A stretch of 64,000 nt of DNA from Armatimonadota bacterium (lineage in GTDB: Bacteria > Armatimonadota > UBA5829 > DTLH01), in the NCBI GenBank assembly GCA_039679675.1, contig JBDKUN010000033.1:128001-192000 (forward strand), given 5' to 3'. This document shows, one piece after another, positions 27,986 to 38,595 of the stretch (the first letter of the stretch is position 1; each line of letters begins with the position of its first letter). A model generated the notes under the pieces. The model saw nothing but the letters and a program-made list of their open reading frames with translations, was not told where the DNA came from and searched no databases. Made by a program: the position numbers and the translations under genes.

Positions 27986-29047
27986 ATGCGAGTAATAAAA
28001 GCGGCAATCATTATCGCCGCGATACTTTTTGCCGCAGTGTCCGCAACAGCTGATATTAATATGGGCGGGCAGGCGCGGTTTTATTCTATGGGAGGCGCAG
28101 GTCTGGCGTCGATAGACAATCCGTCAGAGACTGCAGCTATGAACCCGGCTGCAATGGGGCTGCTTTCCAAACGGGTAAGGTTCACGTTCCCTAATTTCGG
28201 GGTCTGTGCTGACGGAGCAAGTATTGACGATATTTCCAAGTGGGCAAACGATATTTGGGACCTGTCCGGTTCGCAGGGTGTCGAGGTCGCGCGGGAGTTC
28301 GGAACGCATGATACGATGCTTGATGCAGGAGCATCAACAGGTATTTCAGGTTTAGGCATAACTGCAATGCTTGATGGTGAGGCGAGACTCAGGATTATAC
28401 CAAACGAGGAGTTCAAAGAGTTTGCCCGAACAGGTAATATGCCTGCAGATCCGAGCCAAATGCAGGCTGTGGTCTGGGCAGAAGCTGCCATGTCAATGCC
28501 GTCCATATCGGCAGGGTTCAAAGTCCCGAAGTTCGCAACAGGCAAAGGTGATTTGTGGGTCGGTGCTCGTGTCAGGGCGGTAAAAGGCAGATATATCCGC
28601 CGCACCATCAGTTGGTCTGGCTCAAACGACCCCAATAATGCGCTTTCAACATCCAATGAGCCTGTGAAAGAAGAGTCCGGCATCGGCGGCGACTTTGGGC
28701 TGATCTACCGCGCACCCGGTAAGCGCCAGATGAGCTATGGATTGGCAGTGACAAACCTCTTGAAACCGAGTCTCGGAGACATCAACCAGGAAACGATCTG
28801 GAGCGCAGGTATGTCAATGCAGCCAAATTCGAAAACGGTTGTCGTCGCGGATATTGTTAACATGACGGATGCGTATGATGAGGGTACGGACCTGCGAATG
28901 GGCATAGAGTTCAAACCGGCCAAATGGCTGGGGCTTCGTGCAGGTTATACCGGACATGTGCTGACTACAGGCGTGGGCGTATTCGGATACGATTTTGCTT
29001 TCGCTTCGGAAACACCGCTCAGTATATCGAGGACGATCAGGTTCTAG
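27986..29047 (+). CDS. Outer-membrane beta-barrel protein (TraF_2/PorV-like)
   Basis: Signal peptide, SMGGAGLA...NPAAMG plug motif, LRAGY, terminal Phe. Confidence 0.65.
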   Translation: MRVIKAAIIIAAILFAAVSATADINMGGQARFYSMGGAGLASIDNPSETAAMNPAAMGLLSKRVRFTFPNFGVCADGASIDDISKWANDIWDLSGSQGVEVAREFGTHDTMLDAGASTGISGLGITAMLDGEARLRIIPNEEFKEFARTGNMPADPSQMQAVVWAEAAMSMPSISAGFKVPKFATGKGDLWVGARVRAVKGRYIRRTISWSGSNDPNNALSTSNEPVKEESGIGGDFGLIYRAPGKRQMSYGLAVTNLLKPSLGDINQETIWSAGMSMQPNSKTVVVADIVNMTDAYDEGTDLRMGIEFKPAKWLGLRAGYTGHVLTTGVGVFGYDFAFASETPLSISRTIRF

Positions 29048-29080
29048 CAATCGCTTCAAAAACAAAGATTAAAGAAGATT

Positions 29081-29116
29081 AGGGAGGCAATCTTAAATGG
29101 TTGTCTCCCTTTTTTA
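29081..29116 (+). terminator. Rho-independent terminator
   Basis: AGGGAGGCAATC / GGTTGTCTCCCT stem followed by a T-tract. Confidence 0.7.
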
Positions 29117-29242
29117 GTTATCAAAAATGAAGGTTTCGGTTGTATTAAGCGTCTAAGTAATTGAAGCGAGAAAATGGCGATGGACCAGCCTGTTGGTCTT
29201 GGTTGAAATGGTATATACTGGTTTAACTGCAATTTTCGGGGT

Positions 29243-29848
29243 ATGGCCATAGTTACTCAGGATAGTCTGCTTACAGAGCAAACGATAGAGCCGGATACGG
29301 AACTGGTAGAGCGCGTCAGGTGCGGAGACATACCAGCGTACAGCGAGTTGGTGGTGAAACACCAGCGCGCGATATATGGCATCGTCTCAAGGATGGTCAC
29401 AAGCCGGGATGATGTGGATGATCTCGTGCAGGATGTCTTCGTGACGGCTTATAAATCTATTGGGAGCTTCAGGGGCCAAGCGGCTTTTTCGACATGGCTT
29501 CATGCCATTGCTGTTAATACCACGATCAAGCACATAAGGAAATCGAAAATCAGGCAGACGATGCCGATTGAGGATATGGAAATGGTTGCAGACACCGTAA
29601 ACGATACTCCGAGAGAAAAGCTTCCGATTGACGCCGCAGAGGAGAGCGAGCGGAAACAGGCGGTGCAGCGGGCTGTCGATGGGCTGCCGGAGAAGCACCG
29701 GATGGTGGTAATACTGCATTATTTCGAGGATTATTCCTGCGAGGAGATAGCAAAAACCCTCAATTGTTCGGTGGGGACGGTCTGGTCGAGGTTGCATTAC
29801 GCGTGTAGAAAGCTGCGCGGCCAGCTCGATTGGCTGGAGACAGCCTAA
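29243..29848 (+). CDS. ECF RNA polymerase sigma factor (RpoE/SigW-like)
   Basis: DDLVQDVF...FSTWLHAIAVN (region 2); EEIAKTLNCSVGTVWSRLHYA (region 4). Confidence 0.92.
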   Translation: MAIVTQDSLLTEQTIEPDTELVERVRCGDIPAYSELVVKHQRAIYGIVSRMVTSRDDVDDLVQDVFVTAYKSIGSFRGQAAFSTWLHAIAVNTTIKHIRKSKIRQTMPIEDMEMVADTVNDTPREKLPIDAAEESERKQAVQRAVDGLPEKHRMVVILHYFEDYSCEEIAKTLNCSVGTVWSRLHYACRKLRGQLDWLETA

Positions 29849-29893
29849 AGAGCTCTATTAGCTTCAAGAATGGAGCCTAAGGAAGTGATGTTT

Positions 29894-31321
29894 ATGTTTT
29901 GCTTCAGGGTGAAGAAGCAGCTTATCCCATATATGGAAAAAACGCTTGATCAGAAGCGGATGGACGCTGTCGCGCGCCATCTTTCCAAATGCGCGAGATG
30001 CAGTGAGGAGCTTGAGCTTATCAAAAGGGCTTCCGGTGCATTTCGGTCGGCAAAAGCCCCCGCTCAGGAGCCTGCGGCAGACCTTTGGAGCAGAATAGAG
30101 TGCGAGATCACAGCCGCGCCTGCTCCATCAGCCCGAAAATGGCCGGTCAGCGGCTTACAGTTTGCCGGAATTGCTGCTGCCGCAGTAATTATACTCATTG
30201 CCGTTATAAGCGTAAGTAAAATCAGAGAAAAGCCCCGTAATACGATGCTGAGGCAGACCTCAATCGTACAAAAACCATCTGATGCGAAGTATATTCCCTT
30301 GGAACCGGAATCTCCGGCCCGTGTTAATACGACTCTTGCGAAAAGAACGGCGGCAAAGAAAGCTGAAAATGCCAAACCAGTATCTATGGCTGAACAGACC
30401 GGGCAAAGTATAACTAATAAGCATATACTTAAACATAATGATACAGTGTTGATGGCGAGCCTGCCGAAAGAGTATAGTTCAAAGGCAGTCGGAGATGGTG
30501 TAGCGCCAGAATTGAGCGAGTTGAATAGTGCTACACGATCTGCAGGCTCATCTGCTGCAAATTGCGGCAATATCGGATTGCAGGACTCCTCTAAAAACGA
30601 TATCCTAGACAACGGCCGCGCAGCCAACCGGATACAGAATTCGGGAAACATCTGTAAGGCCGGGCAAAATATGGATGAAGAAGTAGCGTCAGCACCTGCT
30701 CGGAATTCGATAGGTAACATAGATGGAGAGATAACAAAATACGAGGCTGTGCTGGACAAAAACCCTCATGATACAGCCACTATGAGCTTTCTGGTGTTTG
30801 CTTACGCGCGGGTTGGAAACCAGGATGCACGAGCACAAATAGCCCGCCGGTTGATTGCGGCTGTTCCCGCTGAGTCGTCTGATTGGAACAGGGAGTTGGG
30901 AAGCGCTCTCGCGGCGCTTGGCGACAAAGCCGGCGCGATGTCTGCATGGAGAAATGGCTTGGAGTATAATCCCATATCGGACTCTTCCGGGATTCTCAAA
31001 GAAGCTGCATCAGCAGGGATGCTGGACAGCCTAGCGAAATACTACCAGCAGAAATCCTCTTCAGGGAAGATAGCGGCACCGTCATTGATACTTGCAAACA
31101 TATATGAGTTCCGAGGCGATTTCGAGAGAGCCGCCAAGGTCAGAAAGAAACTCACGGGATCGTTCCCCCAGAATCAGCATTATTGGCTTCTTTTGGGAGA
31201 GGATCTATTGAAGACCGGCGATAAAGCTAACGCAAAAACAGCATTCACCAAAGCAGCAGGGATGAAGGATAACCAGTCTATCCGCGCGCTGGCCATGAAG
31301 CGGTTAAAAGAGCTGAAATAG
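29894..31321 (+). CDS. Zinc-binding anti-sigma factor (zf-HC2) with TM helix and C-terminal TPRs
   Basis: HLSKCARC (HxxxCxxC), one TM segment, TPR-like C-terminus. Directly downstream of the ECF sigma factor. Confidence 0.85.
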   Translation: MFCFRVKKQLIPYMEKTLDQKRMDAVARHLSKCARCSEELELIKRASGAFRSAKAPAQEPAADLWSRIECEITAAPAPSARKWPVSGLQFAGIAAAAVIILIAVISVSKIREKPRNTMLRQTSIVQKPSDAKYIPLEPESPARVNTTLAKRTAAKKAENAKPVSMAEQTGQSITNKHILKHNDTVLMASLPKEYSSKAVGDGVAPELSELNSATRSAGSSAANCGNIGLQDSSKNDILDNGRAANRIQNSGNICKAGQNMDEEVASAPARNSIGNIDGEITKYEAVLDKNPHDTATMSFLVFAYARVGNQDARAQIARRLIAAVPAESSDWNRELGSALAALGDKAGAMSAWRNGLEYNPISDSSGILKEAASAGMLDSLAKYYQQKSSSGKIAAPSLILANIYEFRGDFERAAKVRKKLTGSFPQNQHYWLLLGEDLLKTGDKANAKTAFTKAAGMKDNQSIRALAMKRLKELK

Positions 31322-31553
31322 CTGTCTCGGCCATCAGCTTTAATAGGATTATTCAGCCTGGATATGGAACACGTAAAAGGTAGTATGATTGTAATCCGAT
31401 CCATAGGCTGCAAGTAATAAATATATCAACTGACGGATATATATTTTCACACCAGTAACCCAGCAAGCGCTTATATTGTGCGGGTGACGTTGCCGGTTGT
31501 GACTACTTGTGTTATAATGCCGTTAGATTTGACTGCTGAGGTAATGCTCTGAA

Positions 31554-34500
31554 ATGTCACATGCAACCGGGAAGAATGAGGCGCTGAAAGAGTTGGCCGA
31601 CCTCATATGCTCCGGCAAGCCTCCACTTGAAGTGCTTGAACGGGTGCTGGATGCTGGACGCAGGGCATCAGGAGCAATTTGCCTGTCACTTGTCGCGGAA
31701 TATGGCGATGCCGGAAGTATCCGCTCGATGACAGTCCAGGCAGAGGGTGCCGGGAGCCTCGCTGCTGCCTGTGCAGAGGCCGGAGCCCTGGCATGTTTTC
31801 AACCCGATACAGCTATTTGCCCCGACGGACTTTGTTTTACCCACCTCGCAAGCAGCAATGGCCGGAGTGCTGTGCTTGTCAGTGATTCGGATGTCGATAA
31901 GGACTCGCTTTGCCTTGTCTCCGGGATTATTTCGCTTGTCTATGCAAATGAGCAGTTGTCGGCAGCGCTTGATACTGCAAAACGTCAGACGAATAAGCGC
32001 ATAGCTGAAGTTGCTGCCGTCTACGAGATAGGCCAGGCTATAAATGAACTCGATATAGAACGGCTTCTACCGCTTATCACTGAAAAAGCCGCCGCCGTCA
32101 TGGATGCTCAGGCATGTTCTCTGCTATTGCGTGACCCCGAATCGGATGATCTTACGATAGAAGCCAGTTGGGGGCTTACGGATGACATCGTGAAGGGAGC
32201 CAGGGTGCATTTCGGAGAAGGTATTTCGGGAAGGGTAGCAAAAACGGGAGAAGCCATGCTCCTGGTCGATATCCGCTCGGACCCGCGCTTCAAAACCGGG
32301 TCGGTTCGCCCCCGTAAGGGAATCGCTTCTTCGATGTCCGCGCCCCTAAAGGACGAGTCAGGGAGAGTAATAGGAGTCCTGAACATTCGCCGCCATGTCC
32401 CCGCGCCTGTGTTTACAGAGGATGAGTTGCGGTTGTTCTGTGTGTTCGCAAGCCAGGCCGCGCTTGCCATCTCAAACGCGCAGCTTTACATGAGTCTGAG
32501 CCAGCGTATCGCTGAGATGTCTACCATTTCAGATCTGCTGAGAGCGATCAACTCAACGCTGGACTTGAGTGATGTGCTGGACCAGGTTGCGGACAATATC
32601 ATCAAGGTAGTCGGGTTCGACCGGTGCTGTGTTTATCTGTTCGATTCACGGGCTAACGAATACATAGCGGGTATCAGAAGGGGATACGAGGATGGTGAAC
32701 TGCCGTCGCGTGTAGGACCGGGTGTCGGCACAATAGGGCTTGCCGCGAAAGAGTGTATAGCCGTTTTCGATAAAGGAAACCGCCGAAAGCAGGACGGCGG
32801 ACACCGCTTACGTTCAAAAGGACAGCAATCATTTCTAGCGACTCCGATTGTCGTACGCGGCCAGTGTATCGGCGTGGTTGTAGTCGATAATGCCATTACG
32901 GACAGACCGGTCAATCAGTCAGAAGTCGAGCTGCTGTCGACATTTGTCAGCCAGGCGGGGATCGCCATCGAAAACGCAAGGTTGTATGAGGCTATGGAGG
33001 AGAAATACTCCGAGCTGAATGTTCTTTTTGAGCACAGCAAAACGATAAGCTCCGCTTACGGGCTTGAGAACGTCGCGCATATCTCGACGGCGGTAGCGAG
33101 GAAGGCTGTGCCCTGCGACAGCTGCGCGCTTCTTCTTCTGAGCGGCAAAAGGACGAATATCGCGCTTCAAGCCACGGCGGGTGTGCCTCAGAATGTCATA
33201 GATTATGTTCGCAGGCGTGTACCGGATGAAAAGGTAGTCGAATTTGTCCGCGATCTCAGGTCTGCATCTCTTGTTGGGCAGGGTAACTCCGCTTGTCTCG
33301 GTAAAACAACCGCTGATATTATTGGTAATGCTGTCGGGGAGTCGGGTTCGGCGCTTCTTGTCCCGCTTCTGGCTGAGGATGTCACTATCGGCGCATTTGT
33401 GCTGATCAGGCAGGATTCGGCTGAGTTCACTACAGGAGAAGTCCAGCTTCTTTCCATTGTGGCGTCACAAGCGGCCGTCGTGTTGAAAAATGCGCTTCGC
33501 TACGAGCAGCGGATGAAGCGGCAGGTGCTCGATCTATCGACTCTTTACGATTTTTCGCGGCGGATCAGCGCGTCAGCAAGTCTCGAAGAAGCACTGGATG
33601 TTATTTTGGGCATAGTAAACGATCTTGTGGACTGTGATGAGTCCGTCATCTATGCCATAGACCATGAGCGGGATGTCATGGTTCCCACATCAGTCAGATT
33701 GAGCAGCGGAGGGGTGAAACGGGCTTCGGAACAGCCGCTTTCGGGTAACAGTGTTATGAGCTGGACCGTAAGAGAGAGGAAGGCTATCGTCTCGCCGGAC
33801 ATAAGCTGCGATTCGCGGTTCGATCCGATTGAGGAGGATGCCAAGCCGGTCAGGTCCCTTATGTCTATACCTCTGATGGTGCAGGATGAGGCAGTAGGTG
33901 TCCTTTGCGTGCGGAGTGCAAGCCCCAACCTTTACTCTGAAGACGATGTTCGGATGCTCTCGATCATTGCATCGCAGAGCACATCGATATATAAAGAGCT
34001 GGAAGCGCTTGCCGCGCTCACGAGCTATACGGAAAATATCCTTTCGAGTATCGCTGCCGGGGTTGTTACTCTCGACAGTAATGGCGTAGTCCTTACCTGG
34101 AACCGTGCAGCTGAGTCTATTACAGGCCTGAAGAGTGCTGATATGGAAGGCTCTCATTATAGGGATGTAATAGCCAGGCTTACTGTAACGGATACCGATA
34201 AAGCATCGACTGTCCAGATAATAGACAAGGTACGTGCTACCGGAGAGGTATACCAGGGCTACAAGTTGTGCTACCATCCGGCCAAGGAAGATGTGAGATA
34301 TGTAAATATCAGCGCATCTGTGCTCTGGAACCATAATGGAGACCCCATCGGACAGGTAATCATTTTCGAGGACACTACCAAAGATATAAAGATGGAGAAC
34401 GAGTTCAGGCGTATGGGCGAGTTAGCCGCCGTAGGACAGCTTGCTGCAAGCATCGCGCACGAGTTGCGGAACCCTTTGAGCTCCATCAAGGGTGCGGCAC

Positions 34501-35126
34501 AGTTCCTTAGAAAGGAATACGAGGACAACGACTCAACGATTGTTGAGTTTCTTGATATTATAATAGAAGAAGTAAATGGTCTTTCCAAGTTGACTACGGA
34601 GTTCCTGGAGTTTGCCCGGCCGATGGAGTTTGAGATAGGCCCGGTTGACATTAATGGGATAGTCAGAAAGACTCTGCAGTTGATGAACGTGCATATCAGT
34701 GAAAGCGGTGTAGTCGTGCAGGACCATCTTGCCATGGACCTTCCGGTAATCCAGGCGGACGGCAAGCAGCTTGAACAGGTGCTGAGAAATATCATTCTAA
34801 ATGCGGTTCAGGCGATGCCGGATGGCGGTTCACTTTCCATTGAGACTTCCGCGACGTGCCACGCAGTCGAGCTTTCCGTCTCAGATACGGGAATCGGAAT
34901 CCCTGAGGAGAAGTTGGACAGGATTTTCGTACCATTTTTCACTACCAAGACCAAAGGTACCGGCCTGGGGCTTTCCGTAGTGAAGAAGATCGTGGAAAAC
35001 CACGGTGGATATATAGATGTTTCGAGCGTAGTAGGGCAGGGAACCAGGTTCAAAGTTATTCTACCGCTTGCGGGGATAGTAAGAGCCATACCGCCCGAAG
35101 CCGAAACTACTGAAAGGAAACAATGA
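31554..35126 (+). CDS. Multi-GAF/PAS sensor histidine kinase
   Basis: Four GAF-like repeats, PAS, H-box IAHELRNPL, N/G boxes (NAVQAM, DTGIGI, GTGLGL). Confidence 0.93.
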   Translation: MSHATGKNEALKELADLICSGKPPLEVLERVLDAGRRASGAICLSLVAEYGDAGSIRSMTVQAEGAGSLAAACAEAGALACFQPDTAICPDGLCFTHLASSNGRSAVLVSDSDVDKDSLCLVSGIISLVYANEQLSAALDTAKRQTNKRIAEVAAVYEIGQAINELDIERLLPLITEKAAAVMDAQACSLLLRDPESDDLTIEASWGLTDDIVKGARVHFGEGISGRVAKTGEAMLLVDIRSDPRFKTGSVRPRKGIASSMSAPLKDESGRVIGVLNIRRHVPAPVFTEDELRLFCVFASQAALAISNAQLYMSLSQRIAEMSTISDLLRAINSTLDLSDVLDQVADNIIKVVGFDRCCVYLFDSRANEYIAGIRRGYEDGELPSRVGPGVGTIGLAAKECIAVFDKGNRRKQDGGHRLRSKGQQSFLATPIVVRGQCIGVVVVDNAITDRPVNQSEVELLSTFVSQAGIAIENARLYEAMEEKYSELNVLFEHSKTISSAYGLENVAHISTAVARKAVPCDSCALLLLSGKRTNIALQATAGVPQNVIDYVRRRVPDEKVVEFVRDLRSASLVGQGNSACLGKTTADIIGNAVGESGSALLVPLLAEDVTIGAFVLIRQDSAEFTTGEVQLLSIVASQAAVVLKNALRYEQRMKRQVLDLSTLYDFSRRISASASLEEALDVILGIVNDLVDCDESVIYAIDHERDVMVPTSVRLSSGGVKRASEQPLSGNSVMSWTVRERKAIVSPDISCDSRFDPIEEDAKPVRSLMSIPLMVQDEAVGVLCVRSASPNLYSEDDVRMLSIIASQSTSIYKELEALAALTSYTENILSSIAAGVVTLDSNGVVLTWNRAAESITGLKSADMEGSHYRDVIARLTVTDTDKASTVQIIDKVRATGEVYQGYKLCYHPAKEDVRYVNISASVLWNHNGDPIGQVIIFEDTTKDIKMENEFRRMGELAAVGQLAASIAHELRNPLSSIKGAAQFLRKEYEDNDSTIVEFLDIIIEEVNGLSKLTTEFLEFARPMEFEIGPVDINGIVRKTLQLMNVHISESGVVVQDHLAMDLPVIQADGKQLEQVLRNIILNAVQAMPDGGSLSIETSATCHAVELSVSDTGIGIPEEKLDRIFVPFFTTKTKGTGLGLSVVKKIVENHGGYIDVSSVVGQGTRFKVILPLAGIVRAIPPEAETTERKQ

Positions 35127-36328
35127 GCGCTGACAGCAACACCGGGACCATCCTGGTTGTAGATGATGAACAGAATATTAGAAGGGTCATTGAAGCTGTT
35201 CTTGGCAAAGAAGGCTATGATGTAGTGACAGCCGAAAACGGCAAGAAGGCGCTCGATGCTATCTCGACGAGGGCCGATATAGGTGTGATGATCTCGGACC
35301 TTGTCATGCCGGACATCAACGGCGTGGAGCTTCTGGAAGCCGCGAGACAGATAAATCCGGGCATCACCGTTATCATGATTACCGCACATGGCTCGATCAA
35401 AAGCGCGGTCGATGCAATGCGTCTCGGCGCTTTCGACTACATAACCAAGCCGTTCGAGATGGACGAGCTGAAATTGGTCGTAAAACGGGCTGTAGAGCGG
35501 CGGCAGTTGATAAACGAGAACATCGACCTGCGCCAGCAGCTCAAGAGCCGTTATAAGTTCGATAACATAGTCGGTGCGAGCAGCGCTATGCAGGAAGTTT
35601 TCAAGATGGTAGAGCGTGTAGCCGACTCACGAGCATCAGTGCTCATCAGAGGCGAGAGCGGTACCGGCAAAGAGTTGATTGCGAGAGCGCTCCATTTTAA
35701 TTCCTGCCGCGCGCACAACCCGTTCGTCCCGGTCGTCTGCGTAGCTTTATCCGAGCAGCTTCTGGAAAGCGAACTCTTCGGCCATGAAAAAGGTTCGTTC
35801 ACCGGCGCAGTTGGGCAGAAGCCTGGGCGCTTCGAGATGGCTCACACCGGAACGCTTTTTTTGGACGAAATAGGGGATATTCCCGGAAATGTCCAGATGA
35901 AGCTCCTTAGGGTGCTTCAGGAACGCGAGTTCGAGCGCGTAGGCGGGCTGAAAACGATCAAAGTCGATGTAAGGCTTGTCACCGCGACAAATCAGGACCT
36001 AGAAAAGGGCGTAAAGGAAGGCAAATTCAGGGAAGACCTGTTCTATCGATTGCAGGTAGTCCAGATCAACCTGCCGCCGCTCAGGGACAGGATCGAGGAT
36101 GTCCCGCTTCTTGTCGAGCATTTTATCGGCAAATATGCCAAAGAAAACGGCAAAGTGATCAAATATGCCAGCCCTGAAGCGCTGGATATCTTGATGAACT
36201 ACAAGTGGCCGGGGAACATCCGCCAGTTGGAGAACACGGTCGAACGCGCTATAGTTCTTGCAGATGACGACGCACAACTCATTACGCCGGATCTCTTACC
36301 GATGAGTATTACGACTCCCAAAACATAG
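35123..36328 (+). CDS. Sigma54-dependent response regulator (REC + AAA+), no C-terminal HTH
   Basis: ILVVDDE, DLVMP, GESGTGKE, ESELFGHEKGSFTGA, WPGNIRQLEN. Ends at 401 aa. Confidence 0.92.
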   Translation: MSADSNTGTILVVDDEQNIRRVIEAVLGKEGYDVVTAENGKKALDAISTRADIGVMISDLVMPDINGVELLEAARQINPGITVIMITAHGSIKSAVDAMRLGAFDYITKPFEMDELKLVVKRAVERRQLINENIDLRQQLKSRYKFDNIVGASSAMQEVFKMVERVADSRASVLIRGESGTGKELIARALHFNSCRAHNPFVPVVCVALSEQLLESELFGHEKGSFTGAVGQKPGRFEMAHTGTLFLDEIGDIPGNVQMKLLRVLQEREFERVGGLKTIKVDVRLVTATNQDLEKGVKEGKFREDLFYRLQVVQINLPPLRDRIEDVPLLVEHFIGKYAKENGKVIKYASPEALDILMNYKWPGNIRQLENTVERAIVLADDDAQLITPDLLPMSITTPKT

Positions 36329-36340
36329 GAGTGACAGAGA

Positions 36341-37021
36341 GTGCTCAAGCGAATAAAGTTTATTGACACCATTCCCGCGCTTGCAGTTATTTTGGCGATT
36401 TTGCCGGTTTCTGTAATAGCCCATATAAGGTGGAAGTATCTCATACCGAAAGAAAGCAGCCTGGGCAGTATTCAGCACTTGATCGTACCTGTAATCTTCG
36501 TAGCTTTATTTCTCTTCGAACTTGTCCTCCGCAGGTGGAACCACCTTGTATTGGCTCTTTCCCTGGGTGTGCTTGTTTTTATCCCCATAAGTTTGATATC
36601 AAATATCACTGATGGCAACGTGTACAATAGTGCTACCCGGCACAGCTGTTCGGTACAGCTTCATGATTACGGCGTAAGAGTAACCATTAACGCAGGATGC
36701 AGTAATGGAGGCAGTTGGCACTGGTTACCTGGCGTGGGCGGTGGGTTAAGGTGGAGTGTTGTGATCGATCGGCAGGAATACCAATATTTGGGGTTCACAC
36801 TCGGTGGCCTAAACGATTTAAACCAGAAAGTCCAACTCTCTATTATCGAGACCTCAAAAGGCCGGATATTACGCATCTACGACGGTGATAAGAACTATTA
36901 CATTGAGCTGAGCAACCTTTCAAGAACACAGTGGCAGAAGGGAAAAGAGCAGCGGTTGGGTGTTTTTCGACAGGAAAGCATCGGAAAGTTCAGGTTTGAG
37001 CCGATACCGGATAAACACTGA
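36341..37021 (+). CDS. Hypothetical membrane protein
   Basis: Three hydrophobic N-terminal segments; GGAG RBS. Confidence 0.6.
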   Translation: MLKRIKFIDTIPALAVILAILPVSVIAHIRWKYLIPKESSLGSIQHLIVPVIFVALFLFELVLRRWNHLVLALSLGVLVFIPISLISNITDGNVYNSATRHSCSVQLHDYGVRVTINAGCSNGGSWHWLPGVGGGLRWSVVIDRQEYQYLGFTLGGLNDLNQKVQLSIIETSKGRILRIYDGDKNYYIELSNLSRTQWQKGKEQRLGVFRQESIGKFRFEPIPDKH

Positions 37022-37036
37022 TTGTTCGGATGGTTT

Positions 37037-37066
37037 TGGAGTGCGGAAGCGCCAGCTTCCGCTTTT
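37037..37066 (+). repeat. REP-like hairpin / terminator
   Basis: TGGAGT-GCGGAAGC-GCCA-GCTTCCGC-TTTT. Confidence 0.55.
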
Positions 37067-37080
37067 CTATCGACATTCTC

Positions 37081-37125
37081 TTTTGAAACGCGAATTACGT
37101 GGATTTAGCGGATTTCGCGAATGGT
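37081..37125 (+). repeat. Dispersed ~45-bp intergenic repeat, copy 1
   Basis: TTTTGAAACGCGAATTACGTGGATTTAGCGGATTTCGCGAATGGT, similar to 58464-58509. Confidence 0.75.
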
Positions 37126-37269
37126 AGATATTTACAGCATCTACTTCTTTGCTTCGGGATTGCAGTTCGTACCGAAGCCGACACCATCAATTCCACCCAA
37201 AATGGGGCCATCTCAGCGTTTGCCATCGTCTCTTAATCTTAGTTCCACCCATTTTTAAGGAGAAAGTTC

Positions 37270-38565
37270 GTGAAAGGTATCACTATGTTATCGTTAGCAA
37301 TGCTGCTGGTGGCGGCATGTGCCGCCGATTGTAAGACACAGCCGTCCGATGTGCTCGTGTCAGCCAATGTTATGGCCTACGGAGCAAAAGCGGACAGCAA
37401 AACCGATGATACAGCCGCATTCCAGAAAGCAATCGATACAACAAGCAAAAAGGGCGGCATCGTATCAGTCCCGTCGGGCACATATTTAATCGCCGGATCG
37501 CTCAATATTCCGGCGGGAGTCACCCTGCAGGGAGTCTGGCAGGCTCCTCACAACACAGCGCTCGGCAAGGGCAGCGTGATCTTTGCCACAGGAAACGCTG
37601 GAAAAGAGGATGGCCCCGCACTCATTGTTATGAACGAGAACACCTGCGTAAAAGGGCTCACGGTATTCTACCCGGACCAGAATATCGACAATGTAAAGCC
37701 TTACCCCTGGACGATTCAGGGCAAAGGGACAAACTGCAGCGTCATAGATGTTACATTAGCCAACCCATATAAAGGCATCGACTTCGGCTCCAACTGGAAC
37801 GAGTTGCATTATATCAAAAACGTCTATGGCTGCCCGCTTAAAGTAGGTGTTTTGGTCGACCAGTGTTCGGACATCGGCCGTATGGAAGATGTCCACTTCA
37901 ATCCAAATGCATGGACTAGATCAGGCTTTGCCAACGCGCCTACTGGACCTAAGTTCGATAAGCTGCAAAAGTACCTGAACGAGAATCTGGAAGGGTTCAT
38001 CTTTGCCAGGACAGACTGGGAGTATGTCAGCAACTGCTTCGTGATCTTTCCAAAGATCGGGTTTCACTTCATTGCGAGGGAAAAGGGGCCGGGAAATGTC
38101 CTTGTGACCCAGTCCGGATCGGATGTTTGTAATACAGCCGTACAGGTGGATGAGACTCAGGCCCACGCTGGCGTCGAGTTCACGAACTGCCAGTTCATGT
38201 CCAAAATCGTTGTAGGCCCGAAAAACAGGGGCCCGATCAAGTTTGCCAACTGCGGTTTCTGGCCCATCGATAGCACCGACAATCAGGCTGTAATCGAGGG
38301 AATAGGCACAGTCACATTTACGGCTACGCATTTCTCCGGTTGGGGGAGGAAAGACGCTGAAGCCCCGTGTATCTTGGTAAAGAGCGGCTCAGTGATCGTA
38401 AACGGATGCGAATTCCGCGATTATGGCAAGAAGCAGATAGAACTCAGCTCGGATACATTGTCCGCTGCGATATTCGGCTCGCAGTTCTGGGGCGGTCAGA
38501 AGATCACAAACAACGCTCCTTCTTCTGCAAGCGTCCAGATCGGGCTGAATATCGAGTTGAAGTAG
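37270..38565 (+). CDS. Secreted beta-helix protein (pectate lyase 3 / GH55-like N-terminus)
   Basis: Signal peptide; NVMAYGAKADSKTDDTAAFQKAID...VPSGTY. Confidence 0.8.
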   Translation: MKGITMLSLAMLLVAACAADCKTQPSDVLVSANVMAYGAKADSKTDDTAAFQKAIDTTSKKGGIVSVPSGTYLIAGSLNIPAGVTLQGVWQAPHNTALGKGSVIFATGNAGKEDGPALIVMNENTCVKGLTVFYPDQNIDNVKPYPWTIQGKGTNCSVIDVTLANPYKGIDFGSNWNELHYIKNVYGCPLKVGVLVDQCSDIGRMEDVHFNPNAWTRSGFANAPTGPKFDKLQKYLNENLEGFIFARTDWEYVSNCFVIFPKIGFHFIAREKGPGNVLVTQSGSDVCNTAVQVDETQAHAGVEFTNCQFMSKIVVGPKNRGPIKFANCGFWPIDSTDNQAVIEGIGTVTFTATHFSGWGRKDAEAPCILVKSGSVIVNGCEFRDYGKKQIELSSDTLSAAIFGSQFWGGQKITNNAPSSASVQIGLNIELK

Positions 38566-38595
38566 CTAAACATCTATTGTGAGGCAAAACAAAGG

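Noticed and set aside
27986..29047. TraF-like gene as evidence of conjugation for the island
   Set aside because: It lies outside the att repeats and no other tra, T4SS or relaxase genes are present. This barrel family is commonly chromosomal.
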